Shown piece by piece: positions 27,494-41,074 of a stretch of 57,340 nucleotides of DNA. Both the position numbers and the translations under genes were made by a program. Every line of letters begins with the position of its first letter. Position 1 is the first letter of the stretch. The stretch is from Spirogloea muscicola (taxonomy: Eukaryota): contig WELB01000022.1 in NCBI GenBank assembly GCA_009602725.1, positions 96,467-153,806 of the forward strand. Reading direction: 5' to 3'. The notes under the pieces are model-generated. The model saw only the letters and a list, made by a program, of their open reading frames with translations. It did no database searches and had not been told where the DNA came from.

Positions 27494-29186
27494 TCGCCAT
27501 GGCCGCCGCAAGGGCCGCCATGGCGGGCGAGCTGAGCTGCCTGAGGCGGGGGGGGGGTCCCGAGGTGGGCAATCACAGGATCCGACATGCNGGCGGCGGT
27601 GACGGCGGCGGCTGACGGGCGGTCGCGCGGCGGCGGCGGCGGCGGCGGCAGACACGGAGCGGTTTTACACGGCGGTGCAGCAGCAGATTCTGGCGCGCTA
27701 CGGCGTGGCGTTCACGTGGGAGCTCAAGGCGCAGATGATGGGGAAGCGGGCGCTGGACGCGGCGCGCATCCTCGTGGCGGCCACCGGCCTGGAAGGCCGC
27801 CTGGCGCCCGAGGACTTCCTGCGCGAGCGCGAGGAGCTCCTGCACGGCCTCTTCCCGTCCGCCGCGCTCATGCCCGGTGCGCCTCCCCTGCTGCAGCCGC
27901 CGCCGCGTTAACCCTGAACCCTCAACCCTATATGCTATATCCTAAGCCCGCGTTAGGAGCTCCGCCATGAGAGCCGAGTCTGTGTGTACCCAACATGCTG
28001 ACTTGCTAGCCAGACTCTGACCAGACTCTGGGCTTTGTGATGTAACGGCAAACGTCGTCCCGTTGTTGGGTTGTCCTATGTCGGCTCTTCTGGCTCTCGG
28101 AAGGTCGAGACGACGCAGTCTGCCAGTCGGGCCCGCCTGCCTGTGCTGGTGTATCTGGTCCTCCTCTCGTCGATTGGTGTGCGAGCTGACTGGCTTCATA
28201 AAACTCTGCACTGCCAGGCGTGGACAGCATGGTGAGGCACCTCCACAGGCACGGCGTGCCTATGGCCGTGGCCACGAGGTTGCCTGCTCCTGAGGTCCCC
28301 TACTACCGCTTCTTTATTTGCAGCATTGTCATACAAGCAGGCAGATGCTAGTCTGAAGTGCTGTCCTTGATTTTGCCACTCAGCGGGAGCAAAACTGCAC
28401 AGTGAGCGGGAATAATGCGGCGCAATCAATATGCACAGAAGGATTGAAGTGATGGGAAGTACAGGTGACGTTCACCTGTGAGCTCATGTACCTGGGGCTG
28501 TTGGGCAGCTCGCACAGGAGGCACTATGAGCTGAAGACCGAGCGGCACAGAGCCCTGTTTGCACTGATGCACCACATAGTCACGGGCGACGATCCCGAGG
28601 TGAAGGATGGCAAGCCGGCTCCAGACATATTCCTAGCAGCCGCTTCCCGTTTCGAGGTGACTGCTCCGGTCATGCCCAGTGGAGGTTGAGGCCACTCCTC
28701 CGCATACTTCCATGCGTGTGCCATTCCAACCAGCTCTTGTTGAGGAAGATGTATGCAAGAGCCTTGCTGACACCAACTAAACTGTCAGGAGAACCGATTA
28801 TGTGATGCTCTCGTCTGCCAGGCCCCTGCACCGACTCCAGATCAGGTCTTGGTCTTTGAGGACGCTCCGACGGGCGTGCAAGCAGCTGTGAATGCCAAGA
28901 TGTAAGCACAGCCTGTCCCTTTAAGCACAGTGTCTGGCAGCTAGTACTCAGTCCTTGTCTGGGTACTGATCTTCACACCTGGTACACACACAAGGCTGCT
29001 GCTTACTACAGACCAGCATGTCAGATCAGTAAAGCTGATGCCCTGTTGTCAAACTCCAGGCCAGTGGTGATGGTCCCAGATGAGAATCTGGATCGTAGCC
29101 TCTACGAGGGTGCTGATGTGGTGTTAAAGACACTGAAGGACTTTGACCCCAATGTTTGGGGCTTGCCTGCTTTTGGAGCGACATAG
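27433..29186 (+). CDS. HAD-superfamily phosphatase, GPP1/GPP2 (GS1-like)/pseudouridine-5'-phosphatase family; first exon unresolved
   Basis: From 27652: DTERFYT..MMGKRALDAA..LMPG/..PMAVATS/SHRRHYELKT..GDDPEVKDGKPAPDIFLAAA/..LVFEDAPTGVQAA/..VVMVPD..FDPNVWGLPAF (TAG 29184-29186). The DxDG motif exon is not visible, probably lost at the n at 27591; start coordinate tentative. Confidence 0.85.
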
Positions 29187-30211
29187 TGTTGATGTTCAGC
29201 CGTTTTGCATGCTGTGCTAGACATTCATGCTCGGCATGATGATTACAGCTACAGCCTCTCACATACCACTCTTTGCTGTGTCGTACTTGCTCAAATCTTC
29301 TCTAGGCCATGCAAGAAAACCAGTTTAGTAGGCATGCCTCACACTTGAACAAGCTGTCACGGGTCTTACCACTTTATTGAGCAGTAATGACATGATGTAC
29401 CATACGGAGGAGCAATGGGAGACAAGTCCTGTAGTCACAAGAATCTCCTTCAGGTGTCCTGTGATGGCAGCAGTACGAACCTTCTTATACTTGTTGCTTT
29501 GATGCGTATGCTGATCCAAATCCTCTTCTTTTGGAGAGGACTTTTGTTGCACCGCAAATGTGCGTGAGTATAGCTGCTCAATAAAGGATTGCCTGCTGCA
29601 GCTTCCACCGATAATGTAAGTGCGTACAGTCCTCGTGCCACAATCAGTGGACGCAGTAGTGGACGCAGGTAGTGCAAGAGCAGAGGTGCAATGAGCACTC
29701 CATGTCACGCCTACTCTTAGTCAAATGCATTCATTCTGATGGTGAAGCTGGCAACTGAAAGTGCAAATGCAACCAATAAGACCTCCGAAAGTAAGTAACC
29801 TCTAGTGAACGTGCCACTCCTCCACAGAGCCAACAAATTTGTCTTGAGAAGCTCTTGCGAGGTACTCCAACTTGCAGTTAGAAACCTCTGCAGTAACCAT
29901 GCAATGTCATCAGATTACTCATAGCCGAGTGCGCATGCTGCAGCTGTTCACTCGACAACCACGCTTGCAACTTGCTGGCCAGCATCCTTAAATTGGGCAC
30001 ATCCACTACTGCCAAGACCATTTCTTAAACCTCGGCACATATAAGAATGACTAACATCGTTTGAAATCATGTTCATTCTAAACTGAGAATATGTGTAGGC
30101 CTACACCTCTTTAAGATGTCTATATGGCCTTGGAGGAGCAGAAAGTGACGCTACTAAAGGAAGGAGACGTCCAAGGGCAATATTACCCAAGAACCAGCTC
30201 ACTGTCGGGGG

Positions 30212-33200
30212 CTACATGATTGCCGGGAGCCTGGCAGGGAGCCTGATTGGAAGCTTTGCCGGCATGGCTTTGAGTGACGGTGAGCTGAGCTCTCTAAAGC
30301 CGTCGTCTAGGAAGACACCGTTTGAGACAATGTCTGGTGGCGAGGCGAGCAACTGCATATTTGCTGCCACGCCACGGACTGGCAACCCGTTCCGACACAG
30401 CGACTCTTTCAGCGAGCCAGCCTCCAGGCTGCTCGGCCAGTCGTGCGACCTGTCAGAAAAGCTCGCCCCAATGTCCATGTCCTTGTTTTCGTCCTCATCC
30501 TCGTCCTCGGCGTCACTGCCAGAGGAGGTCGACCCATCGTAGTCTGACATTACATCCGCCTCCTCCGCACTCTCCTCCTGCACTGCAGGGGAAGTCTGCT
30601 CCACTTCCCCGTCGTGCACTTGCCACCGCTGAAAGTTGGGCGTGATGAACCTGTTGGGGCCAGGTCATATGCAACCACCACACATCAGATGCTGCCAGAG
30701 ACGCAAGTGACTTATGCTTATCTCAGATATCGATGAGGTGCAAATATCGCCTGAGGCATGTATAGCATGCACCCCAAGACGGACTCAAGAGTTGCTTCAT
30801 TGCAGCCACTTTTGTACAACAGGAGCTGGCTCAGACTCCACCTACCTTGCAGATTGTTGCAGCATGTAAGGATCAAAAGGGAAAAAGGTATCCAGCTGGT
30901 TCTCGCCACCGAAGCGAGAGGCCAGCAGCCGCTCGCTGGAAGATGGCGGCCTCGGAAGCCCGTCCAACCTCAGCAATACCACCTGCCGGTCATACTCTTG
31001 CACAACAGCGTCCGTGCACATCTGAAGGCACCAAAGGAGGCACATCAGCAATCTGCATGTCCAATGCATGACCTGCATCCTCTCAACGGATCAGACGCTC
31101 TTCATATCAGAAAAATTGATTCTGCCATCCAGCTTGTAAAGCAAGCAAAGGAGATATGAGTGTGTAGGAAAGCATAGTGCTCCAACCTCCAGGGGTTTGA
31201 GTTTGTCGTTGAAGAGTCTGTGGAGTGGCCAGGACTGGGCGGCAGTGATGGTAGCAGGGTCGGCTGCCAAGTGGGCCAGCCTGAAGCAAAGGGTGTAGAG
31301 AAGAGCCTGGCAGACAGAAAGTGACATCTATTTCAGATAGGAGAAACAAGGGCACCAATCGCATGCTGCATAACAGCAAGTAAGAGGCTGAATGCTGTCA
31401 TCGTGTACTGCTTCAAGATGCCCTTGTATCTAAGCACTTTGCTTGGGCTGCATTTTAAGCAAAGTGAATCACCTGGAAGGCAGAGTAGAACACGCTGTGC
31501 AAACGAGCAGCCTCATTGGCAGGCAGCCTGGGGCTTCCCAGAAGAGATCTGTCCATCTTGGAGACCGTATCCGCGTAAGTTACACACCAAGCGGCCAGCC
31601 TGCAAAGAGCTAGCACGTGGAGTGAGAATCCGAGCCAGGCACCCAGCACCCACTCTTTACATTCTGCTGTTAATTTAGCGGGTATCTAGCACATGAGCAG
31701 ACAGGAAGTGCTGCGAGCTGGACCTGTCCAGAGCTGAAGACACAGTCTGTAAGGAGAGGTACTTTGCCCTAGACAAGAAGCTGGCAAGGTAGGCAGCAGC
31801 TGCCATTCTGCAGCACAACACAATATGATCAGGCAGTTGCAGTGCATATACACTGCATGTATGTACTAGCAATGCACCACGGTAGAAACTCAGGTGACGA
31901 GAGTAAACAATCAGAAGTAACTCTCAAGCACTGGACACTGTTCTGCTTGACATTTCTAGTTACCGGAACAGACCATGTTCAACGTGTGGTTACAATCATG
32001 GATTAAGTTCAAGCATGGGAGCTGCAATCATGTACTCTTGCTCGGAGTACTGACCTTGTGTTGGGAGAATGTGTAGGGGTTGAGATGAGATTGTGAAGAA
32101 GGCAGATGTATGACTGACTAAAATGTTGGGGCGCCAAAGAGTAGAAATAGAATAACAAGAACTGCACACTAGTCACCAACTTGATCAGGCAAACCAGGAC
32201 TGGTGCACAAGCATGTGCACACTTTTCTCCTCACTAATACATGCAATAAGCAGCTTACCAGGTGGCATGCCTCAATAAAGACAACATAACAAAGCTTCTA
32301 TCCCTTGCATTGCAGTATCGACCAAGACCAATGCAAGACCCACCTGTGTGAATTTGGACTTGTACGTGTCAAGTATAGTAAGCTGGAAGGATCGTGTGAG
32401 GGTCTCGTGGACCTGTGTCCAGGATAGCAAAAACGTGGGCAACATAAGTAAATAGAAGACCAAAAATGCACTACATAAACTGATCTTGCTAACTATCACT
32501 GGCCTTTTGTCAATGCAGGGAATGATGCTCACATCCACAGACGCTAGTAATATGATGACCAATATCACTGACACCAGAGTGTACACCATTGTCAAAATTA
32601 AACCCTTGTCAATACAAATAGTCGCTGGCATTGTCAGGTGCACCTGAGCAAGCTCCCCTTTGCTGGCCCTTCTGTGAATGTGCACAAAGGCCATTTCCAT
32701 GATATAGTCCATCTTGTCCGCCATCTCGTCCAATGTGGGGACCTTGCCGCACGACGCCCCACCAAACCCTTCGGCAGCGCTCTGCAATATGACACACTGT
32801 TAGATGAGCTGCCATTGCAGAAACAATGTCTAGGTAAGGTGCTCCTGGGGTTATTTTGGAGTCATAATCTCTTGAAAACAAGGCTGCCTGAGAAATGCCA
32901 AACAGAAGCACATGAAACCCAGCTTGCCAGGAGATTGAACTGGCTGGCACATTGCAGTCCCTCTGGCATTTACCTGGGGTTGCAATGCTCCCAGGTCTTC
33001 ATGGTGGTTCCCAGAGTGACTGTCAGGGCCCTCCTCACCATTCTCCAGGTCCATGTGAAAAAGGTATACTTTCCTAGCATCATCACTTGCGACAATGTCT
33101 TCCCACCTGATTTCCACCTATTCACATAGAAGCAATTTTGCTGCTTGTTTGTGAGGAAGTCCTCAAGTAAGGTACGCTACTTGCTGGCATCCAACTCCCC

Positions 33201-35099
33201 TGCTTTCTGGATTCACAGCAAGCTACACACACAAGCTGGCACTGAACTAGGTAGAGTCACGGCCCAGAAATTTCTGGCCAACACAGCATGTTACAAAACA
33301 ATGAAGGTAATTGGTAATCTGCTGAGCCGAATACGGTCCACCAGTAGCAGTGCTTGTGCATTGCTATTGTTGGATGCTAAAAGCTTGCAGACTGCGGGAG
33401 CAGTAAACAGCGGCTGTGACCACTCACATCTATCTCAATGAGCCTGTCGATGATGGCTGCCAAAAGCTGTTCCCGCAGCGGAGTGCAACTGCACGTCTCA
33501 GCCAGCCTGAACATGGACTCCAAGTAGAGGCACAGGAACTGCAACCACACATGACATGCAGCAAATCATGCCACTACTCAGAGCACCGAAAGCACAAGCA
33601 GCTTACTTCAAGTCCAGATGGTTGCCCTGCAGCGACGTCAGAAGATACTGGCTATCTGTGAAATCACTGACAGGTAATCACCAGTAAACACCAGTAAGGC
33701 ATCGCCCTCACCTCCTTCTCAAGCCTCCGGTGGGGCATGTGCTGGAGCACAATGGGCTGCAGGCGCAGGGTTGCAGTGGGGACCAGCTCCATGACCTGCC
33801 AAAGGCTCCCATGGACTCGTCCCAGCACCTCGTCATGTTTGGCCATCTCTTGGTCCTTGTTAGCACGGGCCTGGACGATGGCGGCCACGCCCATGGGCTG
33901 GCCGTCCACGCCGCCACGAATGCCCATGAAGGTGGGGAGGCCGGACGAGGGCGGCAAGAAGTTCCGCACCAGCATATCCAAGCACAGTGGCAAGCACGCA
34001 CTGTTGACAGAGACCTGCAAAGGACGCAGCTGTCAGATTGGACCAATTGCACATGACTTACACAGGCAAGAGCAATATAATTAGCAAGAGAAAGATGTAG
34101 TCAACTCACAGCTTCTGCCTCCGTTCTAGCAGACCCAATTTCATTGCAGACGGCCTTGCGCAAGCGAGACTGTTAGGCTCACCAGGTTCACCAATATGTC
34201 CAGCAGCACATCGACTATCTCGCTGCTGCATGTCCACAGGCTGATGCCCAGAAGCTTCGTGAGGAGCTCCCCATGAGCCCGTTCATCAAAGTATGATACC
34301 AACTGGGAGAAGATGCGCAGCTTTGCCTGCAATATGCAGACCCAACAGGAATGCATGGTAAGTGCTTGAGAAGGCCAAGGACTTCATGCTCTCTCCCCAG
34401 CTGCTTGTCCATAAATTATCAAACATCTCACTTCGAGAACTTGGGATGATGCTACAAGGCAACCACCATCCTGGTCAAGGGCCTACCACGTCTGCGTGGA
34501 ACTGCCCCAGCTGTTGGATGAGAATTCTGTATTGACCTTCATTGCCCTGTGCAAGCACAACCGAAAAATCAGAGAACCTCCATGACGCTTACAGGCTCCC
34601 GCAGAGCTACCCCAGGTGAGATTGCAAACGTAGGAGGCAAGAGCTGATTAAGGTCCTCATCGACCAGGATTAGGGGAGGAGCAAGATGAGAAGGTGCCAT
34701 GGCTTTCTTTAACGTGAGTGTCTCGCCTTAAAGACCAGGGCTAGGTATCCTGTCTCCTGTGTCACGTCTCCCGGCATGGCGCTGCTTCTGTCCACCCATC
34801 TACTGAGCTCAAAGGCACCTCTCACTATACAAGCTTGCAATTCTGACACCTCGCTGCATTATCGGGCGCTGCTGCGGCAGTCGACCTGCAGCGGCTTACA
34901 ATCAGCTCGAGCCTCTGCGGGACTGACTGTCACATGCCGGCTCGATCAAGCGGCTTGCAGCCCAGTGGGAAGACCGGGCCCATACTCGCTTCTTCATGTT
35001 GAGCGCGTCGATGATGCCCTGCCGCACCGCCCTGAGCGCGTCGCCGTGGCTCAACGGCGCTCGGGCGGCCGCCTCGGGCGGGCCTGCGGCCGCGGCCAT
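30212..35099 (-). CDS. RRN3: RNA polymerase I-specific transcription initiation factor RRN3, multi-exon
   Basis: CLDMLVRNFLPP, ELVPTA...HMPH, EIRWEDI, EMADKMDYIM, ILDTYKSKFTQF, AAAAYLASFLSRAKYL, FYSAFQALLYTLCFR, LDTFFPFDPYML. Confidence 0.93.
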
Positions 35100-35184
35100 G
35101 GCCGAGTCCGGGCCGCTGCACCACCGGGTCAAGGAAGCCCGGGGCCGCGCAGCGCTCCCAGGCCTGCGCCGCGCACGGCCACCA

Positions 35185-35726
<542 letters not shown>

Positions 35727-35915
35727 TGGCGCGGCTGTGAGGCGAACGTCCCCGAGGGGCTGGCAGGCCGTCGCGGCAGCGCCGCCGGCCCGCGGCGGTC
35801 ATGACCGCCATGGCCGCCGCGGGCGGCCGGCCTCGCCGCCGCTGAGGACGGCTTGGAGGCCGCGGACGAGCTTCTCCCGGCCACGTTCCTGCGAGCCGGC
35901 GGCTCGGCGCCGCTC

Positions 35916-38393
35916 ATGTGGGAGGCGGTGCTGCTCACGCTGCTGGCTGCCGCCGGCAACAACATCGGCAAGGTGCTCCAGAAGAAGGGCACCAAGGGCC
36001 TGCCCCGCCTCACCCTCGACTCCAAGGTGATCATGTCGCCAGCCAGGCCAGCTGCAGTGGTCTGGTACTGGGGCCAGGCCTTGAGACGTCCATCTCTGCT
36101 GCCTGCCGCCAGAACCTCCGCAACCACTGTCTGCTCTTCTCATCCTCCCTTGATGTTCAACAAGGTGACTGAGCGGTACTTTCTTCCGTGCCTTTTGCAC
36201 CGTCGGCTGTGCTGTCACGGACCGATAGCTGACAAAGTCGCACTGGGGAGTTGAATGCAGATTCTGTACACTTATCTCAGCAGCCGCACATGGGTGCTCG
36301 GCCTCATTGTCGATGTTAGCGGCGCTCTCTTGATGCTCCAGGCCGTGGCTCGAGCTCCGGTGAGTGGACAGCCGCTGATGCACTGTGCAATTGCCTTGAT
36401 GGTCCGTGCAGCGTGCTGCTGAATGTAGGGGTCTTGAAGCTGACCAAAGCACGCCGCCGGAGGTGTTTGTCCCAGGTTTCTGTCGTCCAGCCAGTGTCTG
36501 GTTGCGGTCTAGCCATCCTGGCTATATTTTCACACTTTTACCTCAAAGAGGCCCTGTACCCTCGAGATTGGATTGGCATCACTGCGGCTGCCTTGGGTAC
36601 AGTTGGTGAGGTGCCGTGGCTCTACTCGATTACCCTGTCTTCTATGAGGCGAGGCCGTATGAGTGGCCCCTTCTAGCCTGAGGCTTCTCTGCTTCAACTT
36701 CTCCCAGCATTGTGTGCACCCTGCTTGCCTTCAGAGTTATCCCTCCTTCCTTCTTCGGAATATTACATGGGGCCCTTCCACATGCCCAAGCAAACCAGGG
36801 TGCAAGAGTCTCTCGGGCATCAGAGGGACGGTCAGAGACCCCATTGTATCAAGGCTTTATCAGCCTTCAGCTGTCACATGTCCCTACCTCTGTACCTTCA
36901 CAGGTGTTGGATTGACTGCAGAGGAGCAGATAAGCAAAGCCGTCAGCTGGCTGCGGATGGTCATATTTGTCTTTGAACTGCTGATTGTATTGGTGAGCAT
37001 GGCTTGGAGAAACAGATTACCTTGTTGTTCTCTAAGTGTCAATCAACAGTACCTTGAGATGTCTGAGGCTGCTGTGGTGACCTGCCAGATGAAGTGATGA
37101 GGCAACCAGCGGAAATAGCTTGTCAGTGACACTCTCATTGCCACTGCTGTAGGTACTTGTAGAGTTGGGAGCTCACCAGGTCAAGCTTCATAGGAGACAG
37201 CTTGAGCTTCCAACCCCTGTTCCATCCATAGGGGTAAGTACAGCAACATGGTCATAAGTGGCGAGATGCTTCCTACAAGAGATACATCAAAGCACGACCA
37301 ATGTGGCAGGACCCGTGCAGTGGAATATGACTCCTGGATAATCAGAGCAGCTATGAAAGCAGGTGTCTTGAAATGTGACGTGTGATGCAGGCTCACTCAG
37401 CTGACGTCTTGGAGGAAGTTGCTGCTGGCCTCCAAGCCGGTGCTTGCTTTGGGTAATGGCGCTACTGCTTGCTGATATCTACAATCATGCAAAGGAAGAT
37501 GGACATATGCAATTGGACAAATGGACATTCAGATTTTCTTGCAGCTTGCCTTCTTACTTAGCCACGTCTCTTTTCACTAAAGTGTGGCTCTCTGAAATGG
37601 AAGCTTGTCAGCGGCAGCTTCGAGGACGGGCTTTTTGCTTGTTCAGCAAGGTCATTCCAAGCTCTTGGCTCCTCTGGGGATAGCAACGAGCATAGGCTTG
37701 AGCAGCGGGGGCTTCATTTGCCAGGTAGGCAAGCTTGATTGTGGTATTGTTTGACGATGGCATCTGGTAAATCAGAGCCTTGGAGGCTTAAGAGGTGCAG
37801 GTTTAGCTTGGGCGCTCGCTCCATAGGCTCTTTGGGCGGTCCCTTGTCTGTGTTGGAGTGCTTAAGCTTGTCAGAGCAGATTGTGCATGCGCATCAAGGA
37901 GTGTCTATGCTGAGCCACCACCCTTTTGGTGTGGCAGACTCGAGGCTTCAAGGAAGGGAGAGCTGTGGTCGTGTCCACATCAGCTGCTGCGGCGGCCATT
38001 CTTGTAGGAGTCACTGTTGGGCTCTTTGCTCTTGGGGAGGCCTTTCCAGAGGGCTTTGTGGCTCGTGGGCTCCAGCTCGCCAGCTGGTAGGGCATACCCT
38101 CATGAATTTCCTGATTAGCGAAGCGACCGCGCTGCAAGTGAGCGTCCATGTCTGTCAGACTCATGTATGCGTCCAGCTGACACAGCCATTCTGTCACACA
38201 CAGGTTCTGCATCCTGGTCGGCATGATGCTCCTCCTCCAGCAGGGCAAGGCTGGCCCCACTTTTCCCCGCATGCTCCGGATGTTGAAGCGGCGGAGAGCA
38301 AGCACAGGGCGGACTCTGACAAGGTCTGCCTCCCTCATTGCGACACCATCCCCGCCCCCTGCTCTCAAGCCACCTGTTAAATACAATGAGTGA
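35916..38393 (+). CDS. NIPA9: probable magnesium transporter NIPA9-like (DMT superfamily) membrane protein, multi-exon
   Basis: MWEAVLLTLLAAAGNNIGKVLQKKGT, VSVVQPVSGCGLAILAIFSHFYLKE, DWIGIT, LEEVAAGLQAGACFG, GFICQ/TRGFKEGRAVVVSTSAAAAAI..GLFALGE: matches plant NIPA9 (At5g11960) motifs. TGA 38391-38393. Confidence 0.9.
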
Positions 38394-38559
38394 GCACCAA
38401 TTCGAAGAGTGCGCAATGGCTTATGCCTCCATTCTACCTTTATTTACATTTAGTGGCAGACAGTTGGCACTGGCACAAAGTTCATGCTCACTATGGGCAA
38501 TCTGAGCCCGACCCAGCACATGTAACCCGATTGGTGACGGCAACCTCCACACGCACCTT

Positions 38560-38870
38560 CCCCCAAGTGCCCACCCAAACACGGGAGCATCACCATGGCA
38601 AAGACTGAGAAGGAGGACAATGATAACAAATGCTCGTCAGCACCGCCGCACAAGGTCTCGCCGCTGCCTCCACGCAAGGCCGCGCTGCCGCTGCCCCGAG
38701 GCCTCGTTGCTGCCGCTGAACAAAGTATAACTGCCACTTCCCCACAAGGCCTTGCCGCCGCCGCCAACTTTGGCCGCCGCCGCCACCGCCGCCGCCCTGC
38801 AAGATCTGCCGCCCCCCGTCACCACTGCCGCCCACAGTTGCCCACCGCTGCCGCTACAAATCTGCTCTGA
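38560..38870 (+). pseudogene. degenerate fragment of an extensin-like gene related to the copies at 45-47 kb and 49-51 kb
   Basis: PKCPPKHG..EKEDNDNK...PPHKVSPLPPRKAALPLP parallels LKCPP..PKHGG-acidic tract-PPRKASPPPP. Confidence 0.5.
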
Positions 38871-40004
38871 GGGCTGCCAATAGTACTGGGCGAGTTCTGG
38901 GTTGGCCTTCTCACTGCTCCTTGAGACAACGTGCCTGACGCCGCGCCACTCTTGGCTGTGCACTGTTTCTGGGACTTCATGTGCGTGCGAGTGGCTGCTA
39001 TTGGCTCTTCTCGTTCCCAACCTCCGTTGTAGCGCTCCTGAGCTCATCTTCCACTTGCATTTGTCCATCTTCCAACGCGGGGTGCCCGGCGTCTCCATCA
39101 TTGAAGCGTCCTTGGGGTCACACGACTATGGGTCAGCACAGCCGGAGTCTGGTCTGGTCAACAATTGCGCGTGCTTGCTGTCTGGGAGGCTGTCGGATAC
39201 AGAGGCAGGGCCCCTCTTGTAGAGGAAGCCCCAGCTGGTGCGTGGACGCGTGAGGCGCTTTGAGCGCCAGAGTGTCGGCTAAGCCACAGCTTCCTATGGT
39301 CAACGAGCTGTGTGCGGCCGCTACATAACAGGCTGGAGGCAAGGTCAACCTACAGCGTCTAAGTGGGTCGTTTGCAGGATCTTTGTGAAAGCTGGGTCTA
39401 CAACTGCAAAGGCGTCGCCATAGTGGCAGAATGGGAAGTGTCGTCAGCGTGGTGGCAGTGTCTGGCAGTCTAGGATTTTGAAGTAACTACGTCAATGTAC
39501 TGCTACTCAAGTGACGGTGTCCATCACATCACTCCCCCCTCAAAAGGAGGCCTGCCCTCCTATCTGGCAACTAAGTCTGTCATAGTTGTCCAGGCCAGGG
39601 AGAGGCGTTGTGCATCCAAATTGCTCCCTGCTGATGATCTGGCTGGAGCTCCATCGTTGTCGTCGTCTTGGTCGCTAAAGGAACTGCCATGGCATGCAGC
39701 CGCCTGCAGCTCATTGTCTTGTACAAACGACCGCCTGCTGGATTTTATGAAGACGATGCCGTGATTATGGGCGCCCACATGCTCAGGTCCTCCGAGGACA
39801 GCGAGCCCACGTGCTCTCACAATCTCCTGCACGATCTATGGCATCGAGCGGAAGAGGGATATAAGTGACTCTGAGGAGGACCCGAATGATGCCCATACAA
39901 CTTCGCAATGGTTTGTTGATCTGGTAGGTCGTGAATGGCAAGCAGCTGATCATGGTCGTCGTACCTACCAATAGCTACCCAAGAAGGGCCCTGTTGGCTG
40001 CATA

Positions 40005-40440
40005 GACTTTGAAGGTGGCCGAGCAGAAGAAGGACCCAAAGTACACAGACACGCTCCTGGGAATACCTTCTACCCGCTGGCCATGGACATCCATGAATGC
40101 TATGGGGTCGGTGGTCCTCGTTACTGTTGCTGCTGGCCTCTCAAGCTGACCAGCGGCGCAGCGAGCAGGGTGGAGCACTCCCTGCCTGGAGGCTCCATGC
40201 CTTTTGTCGTATCGTATTACCGCATCGCACTCTCGATGTCTCTCCAGCGGTCCCACTTGCTTGCTTTGCTTGTGCCGGTCGCGCCCTTGCTGCAGCCTCT
40301 GGCTTGCGCAGCAGGCCCTTCATCCCTCTAGCTCATCTGACTTCCTATTGTTGACATTGAGCACAAGCCCTATTGTGCAGCCTGTGGCTTCGTGGAGTGT
40401 TGCACTTCCTGATTCCCTCTGTATGAGCTCGGCTGGCTTT
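40005..40440 (+). mobile_element. CRE-like retrotransposon 3' fragment (end of RLE domain)
   Basis: KVAEQKKDPKY..YPLAMDIH..YRIALSMSLQRS..SSSDFLLLT; similar to the reverse complement of 53055-53420. Confidence 0.8.
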
Positions 40441-41074
40441 CACAGCCGCCCCTTCGTGTCACCAACCGCGTATCCTCTTGGCGGAGAGAGGGCGCGCAGT
40501 GCACATGAAAGAAAGCCTAAGCCGAGCCTGAAGTGACGTGCTTTTCTACACAGGCAAATCGGAGGTCAGGTCCTGGTTAAATTCGGACAAGGGGGTTCAG
40601 GAGCAAATCCCCTGCACGATGAAGCACTTGCGCGTTAGCGCAGCGGAAGACTTCGCCTTGTGGGGGCCGCCGTCAGGCAGCGTCTCCACCTCCTGGGTAC
40701 CAGTCGGCAGCTAGCCCACCAAGGGCCAGCCATGGACGCCTCGCAGCGAGCCGGCAGCGATCTGCGGCGACGGGCTGCGGCAGCAGGCAGCAGCAGTACT
40801 GCAGCTCTGTCTGGCAAGCGGCTTCCGTGGCGGCGGTCCGGCTCCCTAAGTTACGCTGTCGAATATGTATGTGCTCATCCGTCAGTACTAGTGTCAGCTG
40901 TTAGTTTAGCTACCTTAGCATAGGGCTCGGTTCATGTTGTCCCACTTTTCGCACTAGCTGTTGCCTGAACAATGTATTGGACTTGGGTTGGCCACCCTCT
41001 CATTACATGAGCACCGTGCGCCGTCTCCTCTCTGGGAGATTGTTTCTCTGGGCTTCCAATTGTCGACTTGAAGT

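Noticed and set aside
27433..27651. Apparent loss of the HAD catalytic DxDG exon suggesting a pseudogene
   Set aside because: Coincides with an n and GGC repeats, while downstream exons are intact; an assembly collapse is more likely.
38880..40000. Short ORFs possibly representing further transposon debris
   Set aside because: Only faint motif hints (e.g. KCKWK); no family could be assigned.
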